This document shows positions 1-8,919 of a stretch of DNA of 64,000 nucleotides, piece by piece. The notes under the pieces are model-generated. The model saw only the letters and a list, made by a program, of their open reading frames with translations, was not told where the DNA came from and made no database searches. The stretch comes from a virus (lineage: Duplodnaviria; Caudoviricetes), in IMG/VR virus record IMGVR_UViG_3300025150_000002, positions 1 to 64,000 of that record. The stretch is one strand, 5' to 3'. Position 1 is the stretch's first letter. Every line of letters begins with the position of its first letter. The translations under genes were made by a program, and so were the position numbers.

Positions 1-1
1 T

Positions 2-193
2 GCGGTCAAGAAGGCGTCGAAGCCGAAGGCGAAGCCAGCGGCCAAGAAGGCCTCGAAGGCGAAGTCGGCGGCCAAGAGGGTGTCCAAGAAGGCCTCGAAG
101 CCCGGCGCCAAGAAGGTCGCCAAGAAGGTCGCCAAGAAGCGCACGCCGAGGATCGGAACGAAGACCGACACGACCACGACCTCCAAGAGCTAG
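2..193 (+). CDS. 3' end of a histone H1-like Lys/Ala-rich protein (partial, starts before the window)
   Basis: Frame 2 reads AVKKASKPKAKPAAKKASKAKSAAKRVSKKASKPGAKKVAKKVAKKRTPRIGTKTDTTTTSKS* (TAG 191-193). It is not in the ORF track because it has no start codon in the window. Confidence 0.75.
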   Translation, partial: AVKKASKPKAKPAAKKASKAKSAAKRVSKKASKPGAKKVAKKVAKKRTPRIGTKTDTTTTSKS

Positions 194-621
194 TTGTTCT
201 GGTCGATGTCTTGGGAGGCGGCGGCCTTGGTCGCCGCCTTCTCCCATCTAGCGCAGATCGTCATCACCAACCAACACCTCCTGTCGTCTGACTGAGCGAT
301 GTGACAGTCCTTGACGTCGATGCCAAGCTCACCCGCGAGTCTTTGGTAGACACGCTTCCGCGCCTGGCTCTTGCTAAGGCCCTCATCAATCAACTTCAAC
401 CAATGCGGGTCGAATGCCTTATGGGCCAGTTGCCTAGCTCGCCGTAGCTCGGCGTTCGCCAGCGATCCAAGCGGCTTGTGCTCCTTGCTATCCTTGTGGA
501 CGCCAACCCACGCTTCGCACGGTCGACACATCCAGAGCATCCCGTAGGACCTCTCGTAGACGGCGATCGAGTCTACAAGCTCGGCCGGTTGACGGCAGTA
601 AGGGCAAATCACATCAATCAT
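190..621 (-). CDS. Zinc-finger protein, DUF3268-like (143 aa)
   Basis: Likely start is MIDVICPYC at 621. Contains CPYC...WMCRPCEAWVGVH...PLGSLANAELRRARQLAHKAFDPHW, a pattern typical of this phage family. The upstream part of the track ORF is shadow sequence. Confidence 0.7.
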   Translation of the reverse strand: MIDVICPYCRQPAELVDSIAVYERSYGMLWMCRPCEAWVGVHKDSKEHKPLGSLANAELRRARQLAHKAFDPHWLKLIDEGLSKSQARKRVYQRLAGELGIDVKDCHIAQSDDRRCWLVMTICARWEKAATKAAASQDIDQNN

Positions 622-1306
622 TGGATCTCGTCGCGCCGGTGATCTCGTAGAAGTCGAACGGGTGGCCAAGCGCGTCTTGAATCGACCATTGGTCCCCATG
701 GACCTTCTCAAAGTTGTTGTTGAGGATGTCCGCGTACTTGGGTACGCGCTCCATCGAGTAAACGAACCTGCGCCCCTTGATGGTGGACCGCCAGAAACCC
801 TTCCTGCGTTTGCGGCCCGTCGTCTTAAGCAGATCGTCCGTGAGCTCGGTGTCCGTGACCTCCTCGCAGAGACCCCAGTGGCGAGCCTTGGCGAAGTCGT
901 GCGACGTCCAGGCGACTCCATCGACGAGCATCTCTGGGATGTCCTTGACGTGTACGATCTCCCCGTTGGGAGAGGCCCTGACGAGGGCCACCAGTCCACG
1001 GGCTATGCCGGCATCCAGCGGCCTGGTGTAGCGCTTGTTGTTCCGACCGCAGCACGGGCAGCTAACCCCCTCCATTAGTCGCGACTCGATGTAGTTCTTT
1101 GCGTCCTTGATGGAATCAGAGTCTTGTGGTCGAGGGAGCGGCTGGTGAGCAGGCTCCGGGACCGGCGGAGCAGGAAGACTCTTCCACGACCGGAGAGCTC
1201 CGCATCTGCACCGTAAATCCTTCTGTTCCTTGACCGCCCGTTGCATGATGGGTGCAGGGATAGGATTCGCGCACGCTGGGCATTCAGGCCCCAGGACAAC
1301 ACCCAC
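614..1306 (-). CDS. Hypothetical phage protein with Cys clusters (CPAC, CRC, CPCC)
   Basis: GGAGG lies 6 nt before a GTG at 1306. Coding-like composition; overlaps the next gene's start. Confidence 0.6.
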   Translation of the reverse strand: MGVVLGPECPACANPIPAPIMQRAVKEQKDLRCRCGALRSWKSLPAPPVPEPAHQPLPRPQDSDSIKDAKNYIESRLMEGVSCPCCGRNNKRYTRPLDAGIARGLVALVRASPNGEIVHVKDIPEMLVDGVAWTSHDFAKARHWGLCEEVTDTELTDDLLKTTGRKRRKGFWRSTIKGRRFVYSMERVPKYADILNNNFEKVHGDQWSIQDALGHPFDFYEITGATRSND

Positions 1307-1331
1307 AGGCAGCCTCCAGCTGGAGGAGTTC

Positions 1332-1652
1332 TTATACCCCGGTGTCTGTAGCCTCGACGATCTCATCAAGGACGCAGATCACCCGAAGCTTACCCTTGTC
1401 GTATTCGAAGACCCCGGTCCCCCACTTACCGCCCAAGATCGACACATCATCAAACTCGATCCACACGAGGTGCGATCCCTGACCCAGGTCTCGCAGCGAA
1501 GTCGATGTCCCGCACGATTGGCCGCCCATGACAAGTCCAAGCTGAAGGTCAGGGCACTCGACGACGGACGCCTTCTCGCCTCTGTGTCCGCCCCTGGTGA
1601 CGACCACTCGGGTGCCTACCGGCCACCTATTCGACACGGCCTTGTCGGCCAT
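1332..1652 (-). CDS. Small KOW/SH3-like beta-barrel protein
   Basis: WPVGTRVVVTRGGHRGEKASVV is a KOW-like signature. Start abuts the stop of the upstream gene. Confidence 0.55.
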   Translation of the reverse strand: MADKAVSNRWPVGTRVVVTRGGHRGEKASVVECPDLQLGLVMGGQSCGTSTSLRDLGQGSHLVWIEFDDVSILGGKWGTGVFEYDKGKLRVICVLDEIVEATDTGV

Positions 1653-1936
1653 CAGATCTCAGCGAGTCGGTCCAGCGGGTTCCTGAGCCGCTCGGCCCTC
1701 CGACAACAGGTTTTGCACAGCAGAGAGAGGTTGTAAACGCGGCCGGCCAGAATGTCCTCAATGCCATAATCCGACCTACCGCCAAACGGCGATCGCCTCC
1801 TCTGGACATACTCGGTCTGACCGGAGTCCGTGTTCTTGCCGCAGAGCGTGTCCACAATGGACGGCCTGACGAGGTGAAACTTGCCGCTGGCACCCCAGCC
1901 GTTCTTCCGCAGGGCCCAGAGCTCGAACTTCTCCAT
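1652..1936 (-). CDS. Hypothetical protein (possible Zn-binding: H..LCG...CKTC)
   Basis: ATG start; 1-nt overlap with the downstream gene; ends NPLDRLAEI. Confidence 0.6.
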   Translation of the reverse strand: MEKFELWALRKNGWGASGKFHLVRPSIVDTLCGKNTDSGQTEYVQRRRSPFGGRSDYGIEDILAGRVYNLSLLCKTCCRRAERLRNPLDRLAEI

Positions 1937-2004
1937 ATAGCCGTTCTACCCAGACATGAGGAGATTCAACCCCAAAGCCAGGACACCCGGAGTTCCTACA
2001 CGAG

Positions 2005-2030
2005 AACAGGCGGCCCGAAGGCCGCCTGTT
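2005..2030 (-). terminator. Intrinsic terminator hairpin
   Basis: Perfect 11-bp stem AACAGGCGGCC/GGCCGCCTGTT with a cUUCGg loop on the minus strand, about 20 nt after the stop of the 2051 gene. Confidence 0.7.
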
Positions 2031-2050
2031 TCAATTGACTCGTGTCTACA

Positions 2051-3316
2051 CTAGCTGTTACGCTTAACGCCCGCCCTGGTCCGCGACGCCTGCCGCTTAC
2101 GGTTGCGCACCCCGGAACCGCAGACCGCCTTCTTGGGCAGCTTGATGATCTCGGCCTCGGGCTCCTCGGAATCATCATCGTCATCATCGTCATCAGCGCT
2201 TCTCTTGAGCTTGGACAGCTTGCTCGGCGCGTTGAAGGCCTGGGCGAAGTCCTTGGCGAAGTCCTCCACCTTGAAGACGATACGCTTCACGGTGACATCT
2301 CCCTTGGCCTCGGAGATTACATCACGAGTGCGCATCTTGAGAGCGTTGGAGGTGAGAGTGCAGTCTTCGAGCGCGGTCCGGATTGCCGTGACGGCGTAGG
2401 GATACTGCATCCAATCCCGAACGTGTCCGGCCTCGGTTCCACGGGAGTTCTTTTGATCCTGCAGGAAGTCGTACAGGACCTTCATAGGGTCATTCCGGGC
2501 GAGCGCGGCGCCGTCCGGAATCTCAGCCGTCGCCTTGCTCATATCCCTCTGGTTCACGAACTTGTGGACCAGCGGCAGAACCTTCGCCTCACCGAACTCC
2601 AGAGCGGCCTTGGCGAAGGCGCCCGCCCAGCCATTGCTGTAGAAGGAGCACTTGCTCTTCTTGCCATAGTGGCACGCGGCCAAGACCTTTCGAATCAGGC
2701 CCTGGTGCTTGAGCGTGGCGCTGACGCAGGCGTCGAGCGTCAGGTTGAAGTTGCCGTTGCTGATCCCACGGACCATCGAGCGACCAATTGCGCAGACCTT
2801 GGCGGCGTGCTCACGCTTGCCGCCACGAGCGACGAAGCGGTGCTGCTGGTTGCGGTTGAACCCGGCATCGATGTAGTGGAACATTGTCGGGTCGCAGTCC
2901 GGGAAGATCCACATAGGCACGAACACGCCAGGGCGACCGTTCTTGGTCAGGATCTCGTTGGCCAAGATGATCGCCTTAAGGCGGTGCACGAAATCGAGCA
3001 CGCGGCCACGATGGTCGAGCGCTCCACCCTGGTGGGTGGCCATCCACTTGTTGCTGACGATCTCGTTGGCCAGTTTCTCGATGTGACTGATGCCCGAGTC
3101 GCGGTTCCTCGGATGTACGAGGGTGCACGTTCCGTCGATTCCCTCTCCAGGGGCCAGACCGAGGAGTTGACGCGCACGATCGGCGTCGACGTACACCAGG
3201 ATAGGAGCGTTGGCCGCGCCGATCTTGTACTTGATCGGATTCGTCGTGGACGGCGGCTTCGTCCACGAAAGAAGCTGACTACGAATGCTGTCGGAACGAG
3301 ACGTGGAACGAGACAT
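2051..3316 (-). CDS. ParB/Srx-like N-terminal domain protein with acidic and basic C-terminal tail
   Basis: RNR...W..THQGGALDHRGRVLDFVHRLKAII resembles the NR...W...G..fD..G.llDGqHRL.Ai ParB-like phage family. GAGGGAG RBS before ATG 3316 (alternative start 3394). Poly-Asp tract near the C-terminus. Confidence 0.6.
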   Translation of the reverse strand: MSRSTSRSDSIRSQLLSWTKPPSTTNPIKYKIGAANAPILVYVDADRARQLLGLAPGEGIDGTCTLVHPRNRDSGISHIEKLANEIVSNKWMATHQGGALDHRGRVLDFVHRLKAIILANEILTKNGRPGVFVPMWIFPDCDPTMFHYIDAGFNRNQQHRFVARGGKREHAAKVCAIGRSMVRGISNGNFNLTLDACVSATLKHQGLIRKVLAACHYGKKSKCSFYSNGWAGAFAKAALEFGEAKVLPLVHKFVNQRDMSKATAEIPDGAALARNDPMKVLYDFLQDQKNSRGTEAGHVRDWMQYPYAVTAIRTALEDCTLTSNALKMRTRDVISEAKGDVTVKRIVFKVEDFAKDFAQAFNAPSKLSKLKRSADDDDDDDDSEEPEAEIIKLPKKAVCGSGVRNRKRQASRTRAGVKRNS

Positions 3317-3424
3317 GGAGACTCCCTCAGTTGGTTTGAGTGAACTGTCGGTTACTACTTCTACCCGGACTGGCTGTGGAGAAACGGCGTGCATTCCGTT
3401 TACCTTCCTCAGCGACCGTCGCGA

Positions 3425-3634
3425 TTACTCGCGGATCTCGCCGCCGACCTGAACAAGGTAGCGGCGGTACCAACCCTCGCCACCGACGCAAGTCTTGATG
3501 GTACCGGTCTTGGCGGTTCCGGTCTTGTGCGCGGCCCCACTGCAGATCTTGACCTCGGTCCCTGGCGAGAGCAGAGCTCGGTCGATCAGACCTCGGGGCT
3601 TGGTTGAAGTGTTCGGGTTGTGCGGATCGTCCAC
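3425..3634 (-). CDS. Small KOW-like protein
   Basis: AAGGAG RBS and GTG start; LSPGTEVKICSG...KTGTI is KOW-like. Confidence 0.5.
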   Translation of the reverse strand: MDDPHNPNTSTKPRGLIDRALLSPGTEVKICSGAAHKTGTAKTGTIKTCVGGEGWYRRYLVQVGGEIRE

Positions 3635-3958
3635 GGCTTCTCCTTGGTTGGATTGCTGCCCATGGAGTCTTATACCCGCGTCTCCTGCATGCCCTTATCG
3701 TCGTTGCGCGTGACGCAGCAACCGTGAAGGGGAAGACGGGCCGCGAGATTGATGTGGAATCGCAAACGCAGTAGGGAGCGACTGGAGTTTTCTAGCTAGC
3801 GATCGGTGCGATCTACCACGTCGTAGGGATCCCACGACTTGCCGCAGAACCGGAGGGCCTACTGGGCCGCCCGACAACACTTCGGCCTTCGAGAAGAAGC
3901 TGATCATCGATCGCGGGTATAAGGGCTCGGTCAGAACACCACCTGCAGGGGAGTAGCA

Positions 3959-5830
3959 GTGCCCAGGACGAAGACGCGTAAGGCGAAGCCGTACATCAAG
4001 GACAAGGACAAGCGAGATCACCACAAGAAGCTCGAACTCGTTTTCGACGCGGCCATTAAGAGCATCGAGCCGCTGCCGCACAGCATCACCATCCATGTCG
4101 TTCCTGGTGGAGGAAAGACGCTCGCTGCTATTGCTGCGGCTGCCAAGGCCATCGATTCGGGATTGATCGATCGAGTCATCATCGTCACCCCGCGTAAGTC
4201 TCTTTGCGAGCAGATGAAGGAAGACTTTGCTGACTGGAAGCAGTTCAACATGGGGGTCACAGTGCGCATTGTGCGTAACAACGAAGTCCCATTCATACGA
4301 GACATAGGTAGGAGGGAGCTAGGCTATGTAACCACTTACCAAGCCCTGTCGGCCAACCCAGATGTTCACGTATCGGAGATGAACAAGCCTGGCAACGACG
4401 GTAAGGCCTTGAGGTGGCTGATCATCTTCGATGAGTTCCATCACATCGCCAAGCAGGCAAAGTGGTGTAGTTCGGTCAGGGCCATCGGAGACCTTCCGAA
4501 CGTCGTCTCACGCTTGCTAATGACTGGCACGCTGGCCAGAGCAGACGGGTTGAAAATTCCTTACGTCGACTACCAGCGCAAGGAAGATGGGAACGAATAC
4601 CCGCGCGTCGATATCCGTTACGGTCGACGAATTGCGATTGCAGAGGAAGCGATCCGTCCAGTTTACTTCGCCTTCCAGGACGGCGATCTGCAGAACAGGT
4701 CCGCCAAGAAGGGAGCAGCTAAAACCCTGACGGTGTCAACCCTTCCCAGGGACGACAGTAGGATTTATGCGGCGGCGATGGACGCGCTCATAGATATCAA
4801 TCTCCCCTTCGGAGCAGAGCTACTCACGAAAGGGCTCGATGACTGGATCGGTTGTCGTGATGACGCTGTGGTCCGGTGGAGCTATGAGCCGCGATGCATC
4901 GTTGTCGCGGATTCAATTAGTGATGCGGATCGAATTGTGGATCACATCAATAAGACCTATCGCTCCCGAAGAGTAGTAGCAGTCAAAGCTACTTCTGATG
5001 ACGTCCATGCTCACAAGGTCATCAAGGCCTTTAGGGAGCGTAGAGAGGGTAATGTCCTCGTAACAGTCAACATGGCCCATGAAGGTCTCGATGTGCCTGA
5101 CTGTACGCACCTTATCTATCTCAGCAGAACGCGATCAATTCCGTATCTTACGCAGGTCATCGGTAGGATCACGCGGGTGGACTACGAGGCGATTGGTGGC
5201 GGACGTCCTGCCAGAGAACAGTGGGCCAAGCTGTACGCGCCGGCCGACCCTCGAATGATGGACGCCGTCACGATCATTGAAAAGGAGCAACTTGAAGCAG
5301 CCAACGATGCCCACATTGGTAATCTTACTGCCGTAAGCCTGAACGGCAGCGGATCAGGAAGCGGCAGCTATAGCGCGATTACCATCTTCGCCACGCCTAC
5401 AACTATCACCTACGGAGCGCTGGGTGATGAGCTCTCTCCGAAACTCTCCGACATCATCAACAGGCTCTACGCAGACCCTGAACTCAAGAATCTCGATTTC
5501 ATGATGGCCGTGGCTATCGCACGGGTGACCTCGGCATCTGATCCGGAAATCGTCGAAGAGGTTAAGGTCCGCACCAAGGACTCTAAGTCAAAGGAGTGGA
5601 AGGATCCGTGGAACAATGTAGACGTAGATGATGAGGGATCTCTTCGTCGTGGTATTGATCGGATGTGCCTCAAACTGGACGCCAGGACTGGTAACGGTGA
5701 TTTCGGCGCCACTGCGCGCAAGTTCAAGCAGATGTACGGAGTTGAGAGGAGCGCTCTTAGTCTCAGCGAACTTCGTAAGCAATATCAGCAGGCTATCGAC
5801 ATGTGCAAGAAGGTCAGGATCACCGGGTGA
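3959..5830 (+). CDS. Superfamily 2 (DEAD/DEAH-type) helicase
   Basis: Motif I VPGGGKT, II IIFDEFHH, III MTGT, V TVNMAHEGLDVP, VI QVIGRITR. GGGGAG RBS before GTG. Confidence 0.9.
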   Translation: MPRTKTRKAKPYIKDKDKRDHHKKLELVFDAAIKSIEPLPHSITIHVVPGGGKTLAAIAAAAKAIDSGLIDRVIIVTPRKSLCEQMKEDFADWKQFNMGVTVRIVRNNEVPFIRDIGRRELGYVTTYQALSANPDVHVSEMNKPGNDGKALRWLIIFDEFHHIAKQAKWCSSVRAIGDLPNVVSRLLMTGTLARADGLKIPYVDYQRKEDGNEYPRVDIRYGRRIAIAEEAIRPVYFAFQDGDLQNRSAKKGAAKTLTVSTLPRDDSRIYAAAMDALIDINLPFGAELLTKGLDDWIGCRDDAVVRWSYEPRCIVVADSISDADRIVDHINKTYRSRRVVAVKATSDDVHAHKVIKAFRERREGNVLVTVNMAHEGLDVPDCTHLIYLSRTRSIPYLTQVIGRITRVDYEAIGGGRPAREQWAKLYAPADPRMMDAVTIIEKEQLEAANDAHIGNLTAVSLNGSGSGSGSYSAITIFATPTTITYGALGDELSPKLSDIINRLYADPELKNLDFMMAVAIARVTSASDPEIVEEVKVRTKDSKSKEWKDPWNNVDVDDEGSLRRGIDRMCLKLDARTGNGDFGATARKFKQMYGVERSALSLSELRKQYQQAIDMCKKVRITG

Positions 5831-6627
5831 TGAGTTACACAGATCCAGGAGGTATGGATCCGGGCCCGCCCAAATCCGCGCCAGCCTACTCAAAGTGGCA
5901 TGGCAGTGAGAAGTGGGCGCACCGATGGCGACTTGAGCTCGCAGCCATCATCAGTCGTCTTGAGGATGAACCCAAGCGTCTCGCCCTCTCTGTCCAGGAA
6001 GGGCTTGAGTTCAGCGCCGTTGGTCTCATCAATCGGGAAGATGGTTCTAAGTTTTCATCGTTCAGGGAGTTTTGCGAGGATCCACAGCCTTACGGGCTCG
6101 GAATCCCGTGGCGGAAGATCAACGACTACTTGTCCGCCCTCCTTGGTCGAAAGCAAGCTGATGCCTTGCTTTCGACGCAACCTGTGGTGGTAACCGACCG
6201 TCAAAGTTCAGAGAGGGTAATTGCTCTATGTCAGCTGATCGCCTCATTCTCGGAAGATGAGAAGAAGGCTGTAGTTGACAAACTGCGCGGTTCGTTTGAC
6301 GAGCACGCTAATCTAGCCGCGCCTCACCGAGAACCTAAGAGGGCCGACCGCTCTTTGATGAAGCTGGAAACGCCGTCTGTACGTATTCCTGGTAGTAAGA
6401 GACGCGGGGTTGGTGGGAAAAGCCGAGTGTTTGAGGTTGTGTGTGAGCTGAATCGGCCGGTCACAGCGGTCGATGTCGCTAATGCAATCGATGATCGCCC
6501 AGATCGCCCTACCGGTCTCTTGAATAGCGTGTCTAACACGCTACGCAATCTGGTCGAGGCCGGATTGCTGGTTAGAGAGAAGGGCGATCGATCCTATGTC
6601 TATTCGCCTGTGGAGGCGGAAGGCTGA
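5830..6627 (+). CDS. Hypothetical protein with C-terminal winged helix-turn-helix
   Basis: TGATG overlap with the helicase. C-terminus VFEVVCELNRPVTAVDVANAI...SVSNTLRNLVEAGLLVREKGDRSYVYSP is a typical wHTH. Confidence 0.7.
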   Translation: MSYTDPGGMDPGPPKSAPAYSKWHGSEKWAHRWRLELAAIISRLEDEPKRLALSVQEGLEFSAVGLINREDGSKFSSFREFCEDPQPYGLGIPWRKINDYLSALLGRKQADALLSTQPVVVTDRQSSERVIALCQLIASFSEDEKKAVVDKLRGSFDEHANLAAPHREPKRADRSLMKLETPSVRIPGSKRRGVGGKSRVFEVVCELNRPVTAVDVANAIDDRPDRPTGLLNSVSNTLRNLVEAGLLVREKGDRSYVYSPVEAEG

Positions 6628-6638
6628 TATATAGTAGA

Positions 6639-6722
6639 GAGCAGATCCTGCTCGACCTGACCCCGCAGGAAACGGCCCGCTTCTGGTCGAAGGTGCGCCG
6701 AGTCGGCTCTTGCCCGCCTTAG
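6639..6722 (+). pseudogene. Remnant N-terminus of an HNH endonuclease
   Basis: Reads EQILLDLTPQETARFWSKVRRVGSCPP*, nearly the same as the start of the intact HNH at 6856 (ERILLELTPQELARFWAKVRK). No ATG. Confidence 0.7.
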
Positions 6723-6762
6723 GTCCACCCTCGATCTTGATGGTGAGAGTCTGCCCAATCAT
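6700..6762 (-). pseudogene. Truncated P-loop NTPase/kinase stub
   Basis: GAGGAG RBS and ATG, then MIGQTLTIKIEGGPKAGKSRL (beta-strand plus GxxxxGKS). The frame then runs into the antisense of the HNH remnant. Confidence 0.5.
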
Positions 6763-6855
6763 CGATGTTCTCCTCTGCTACACTATGGAACGAGCCGGAC
6801 AAGGTGCGGCAAACACCTTATACCGGCTCTGACCAGCAGACCGATGGGGGTCCAC

Positions 6856-7362
6856 ATGGCTGCCGACGAGCGTATCCTCCTAGAGCTCACACCTCAAGAG
6901 CTGGCCCGGTTCTGGGCGAAGGTACGGAAGGCCGAGCCCGATCAGTGCTGGCCGTGGATCGCCAAGTCGATCACCTGGGGCTACGGAAGCTGGCGCGTGA
7001 GGAAGACCCTCTTCCGCGCCCACCGAGTCGCTTGGGTGCTGACAAATCGTCAGCAGATCGAGGAGGGTCTTGATGTGCGCCACCTCTGCCACAACAAGGC
7101 CTGCTGCAATCCGGCTCACCTAGAGCCCGGCACTCGTAAGCAGAACATGCAGGACTCAGTCCTTGCGGGGCACACAAAGGGCCTTCGGGTAGGCTCTAAG
7201 AATGGGTTCGCTCAGCTTGACGAGGATAAGGTCCGGGAGATCAAGCGACGACTCAAGTCCGGTGAGCTCCAGAAAAGCATCGCTGCCGACATGAATGTGA
7301 GGCAATGCACCATCTCCCAGATCAACACCGGCCACACCTGGTCTCACGTCACAGTCGAGTAG
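6856..7362 (+). CDS. HNH homing endonuclease
   Basis: RFWAKV...CWPW...YGSW...RAHRVAW...VRHLCHNKACCNPAHLEPGTRKQNMQD, followed by a C-terminal HTH-like segment. Confidence 0.9.
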   Translation: MAADERILLELTPQELARFWAKVRKAEPDQCWPWIAKSITWGYGSWRVRKTLFRAHRVAWVLTNRQQIEEGLDVRHLCHNKACCNPAHLEPGTRKQNMQDSVLAGHTKGLRVGSKNGFAQLDEDKVREIKRRLKSGELQKSIAADMNVRQCTISQINTGHTWSHVTVE

Positions 7363-7374
7363 GCCGTACATGCA

Positions 7375-7403
7375 GAGAGGCCACCCTTTCGGGGTGACCT
7401 CTC
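7375..7403. terminator. Hairpin terminator between the convergent HNH and capsid genes
   Basis: GAGAGG-C-CACCC-TTTCG-GGGTG-A-CCTCTC stem-loop located between the two stop codons. Confidence 0.6.
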
Positions 7404-7430
7404 GCATTGATGGCCTCACGGCCCTGGTGA

Positions 7431-8864
7431 CTAGACCAGGTTCGTGATCGACACCATCGAAAAGAACTCAGGGCGCACCATCGAGATCTTGTGACGCGTG
7501 CGGATCGCACGACGCAGCGACATGTCGTTGGGGTCAACGAAGTTCGGGGTGATCTCCATCGGGATGTAGGGCGAGTAGATCACACCCGTGTCCAGGATCG
7601 ATGGACCCTGGTAACCCATCAGGATCTTGTCCTGCGGGAACACGGGATCGACGTAAATGACCCACTTTCGGTTCAGCACGCCGGCCTTGCTGATGCCGCC
7701 CTGATAGACGTGGCCCTCATCGATGGCGGAGAACCCGTCCATCGTCTCCAGCAGAGCTGCGACCTCCGAAGAGGTGATGGCCCAGTTGGCCGGCGCACGC
7801 TGGGTGCGACGGTGGATGACCTGCGAAGCGGTCGACATGCGGATCACGAGCGACTTGAGGTGCTCGGGGTCCGAGACGGCGCTCGGGGTCGCACGGTCCC
7901 AGGGAACCACGGCGGCCGACTCGACCGCGTTCAGGATGGTGCCGACGATCTCGCGATCGATCTCGGCAGTCATCTCATCAGACATCTGCGCCACGAGGTC
8001 GGCGTCGACGTCCCGGCCCCAGAGGGCGCGGAGGTCGTCGGCGGCCTCGACCGACGCCAGGCTCTTCAGCTTGCGGCTCTCGGCCTGGATCTCCTGGATG
8101 GTGATGTCGAGCTGGACTTCCGGGATCCGAGCGTTGAGCTCGTTGTTGTACCGGTAGTAGACCTCGACGGTCTCACCCAGAGCGGGGGCCGTGCCAAAGT
8201 TGAGGGTGACCGAGCCAGTCTGGTAGTTGATAGTACCAGACCCGCCAGCCATCGACCCAGCCAACGCCGTGAAGGCGCTACCAGCGTCGACACCCAGAAC
8301 CGCCGTCGAGCTCGCCGTGGTGCGGAGCTGAACGGTGCCGCCGATGACCGGGGGCCACTTCAGAGCACCGGTGAACGTCTTGGTGACGCCGTCGCCCGTT
8401 CCGAATGGCTCGCCGTCGATGAAGTTCGACGAGTACCACCGGTTGAAGTTCTTGTTCATCTCCGTGCCAGCGGTGATCTGCCCCTTGTCGGAGGCGTACC
8501 GAGGACGGTAGAACGCGATGCCGCCGATGGGGCCCGTCATCGGCTGGACCGACGCGATGCTAGTCGCGACGAGGCGAATAGCGGTGCGGCGGATCACGGG
8601 GAAGACGAACTTGAGGAAGGGCCCCACGCTTAGTGCACGGGTCTCCTCAGAGAGTCGACGCAGGTGCTTCGACTCGTTCTCCAGCATGAAAGCGCAAATC
8701 GCCTTCGTGTAATGGGCGTGGCCGGGCGGGACGAAATCGGCGATCTCGTGCTCCATCCCTTCGAGGACTGGTGCCCACTTCTGGACGTAAGCACCGACGA
8801 TGCTCTCGTCCGACAGAGCAACACCGTCCATGTTCTCTGTCATCAACTGTCGTGCCTGAAACAT
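7431..8864 (-). CDS. Major capsid protein, T4 gp23-like
   Basis: SVQPMTGP, ESRKLK, AEIDREI and YSPYIPM...RTRH motifs; AGGAGG RBS; directly downstream of the prohead protease. Confidence 0.9.
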   Translation of the reverse strand: MFQARQLMTENMDGVALSDESIVGAYVQKWAPVLEGMEHEIADFVPPGHAHYTKAICAFMLENESKHLRRLSEETRALSVGPFLKFVFPVIRRTAIRLVATSIASVQPMTGPIGGIAFYRPRYASDKGQITAGTEMNKNFNRWYSSNFIDGEPFGTGDGVTKTFTGALKWPPVIGGTVQLRTTASSTAVLGVDAGSAFTALAGSMAGGSGTINYQTGSVTLNFGTAPALGETVEVYYRYNNELNARIPEVQLDITIQEIQAESRKLKSLASVEAADDLRALWGRDVDADLVAQMSDEMTAEIDREIVGTILNAVESAAVVPWDRATPSAVSDPEHLKSLVIRMSTASQVIHRRTQRAPANWAITSSEVAALLETMDGFSAIDEGHVYQGGISKAGVLNRKWVIYVDPVFPQDKILMGYQGPSILDTGVIYSPYIPMEITPNFVDPNDMSLRRAIRTRHKISMVRPEFFSMVSITNLV

Positions 8865-8919
8865 TGCAATCCCTCCTGGTTAGCCGACGTCCTGCCGGCC
8901 GTTGGTTGAATGGGCTCGA

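Noticed and set aside
3395-3430. Readthrough of TAA at 3425-3427 (EIRE*SRRSLRKV), which would fuse the KOW-like gene to the ParB-like gene
   Set aside because: The downstream gene has its own RBS and start. A Tyr-to-stop mutation is possible but nothing else supports it.
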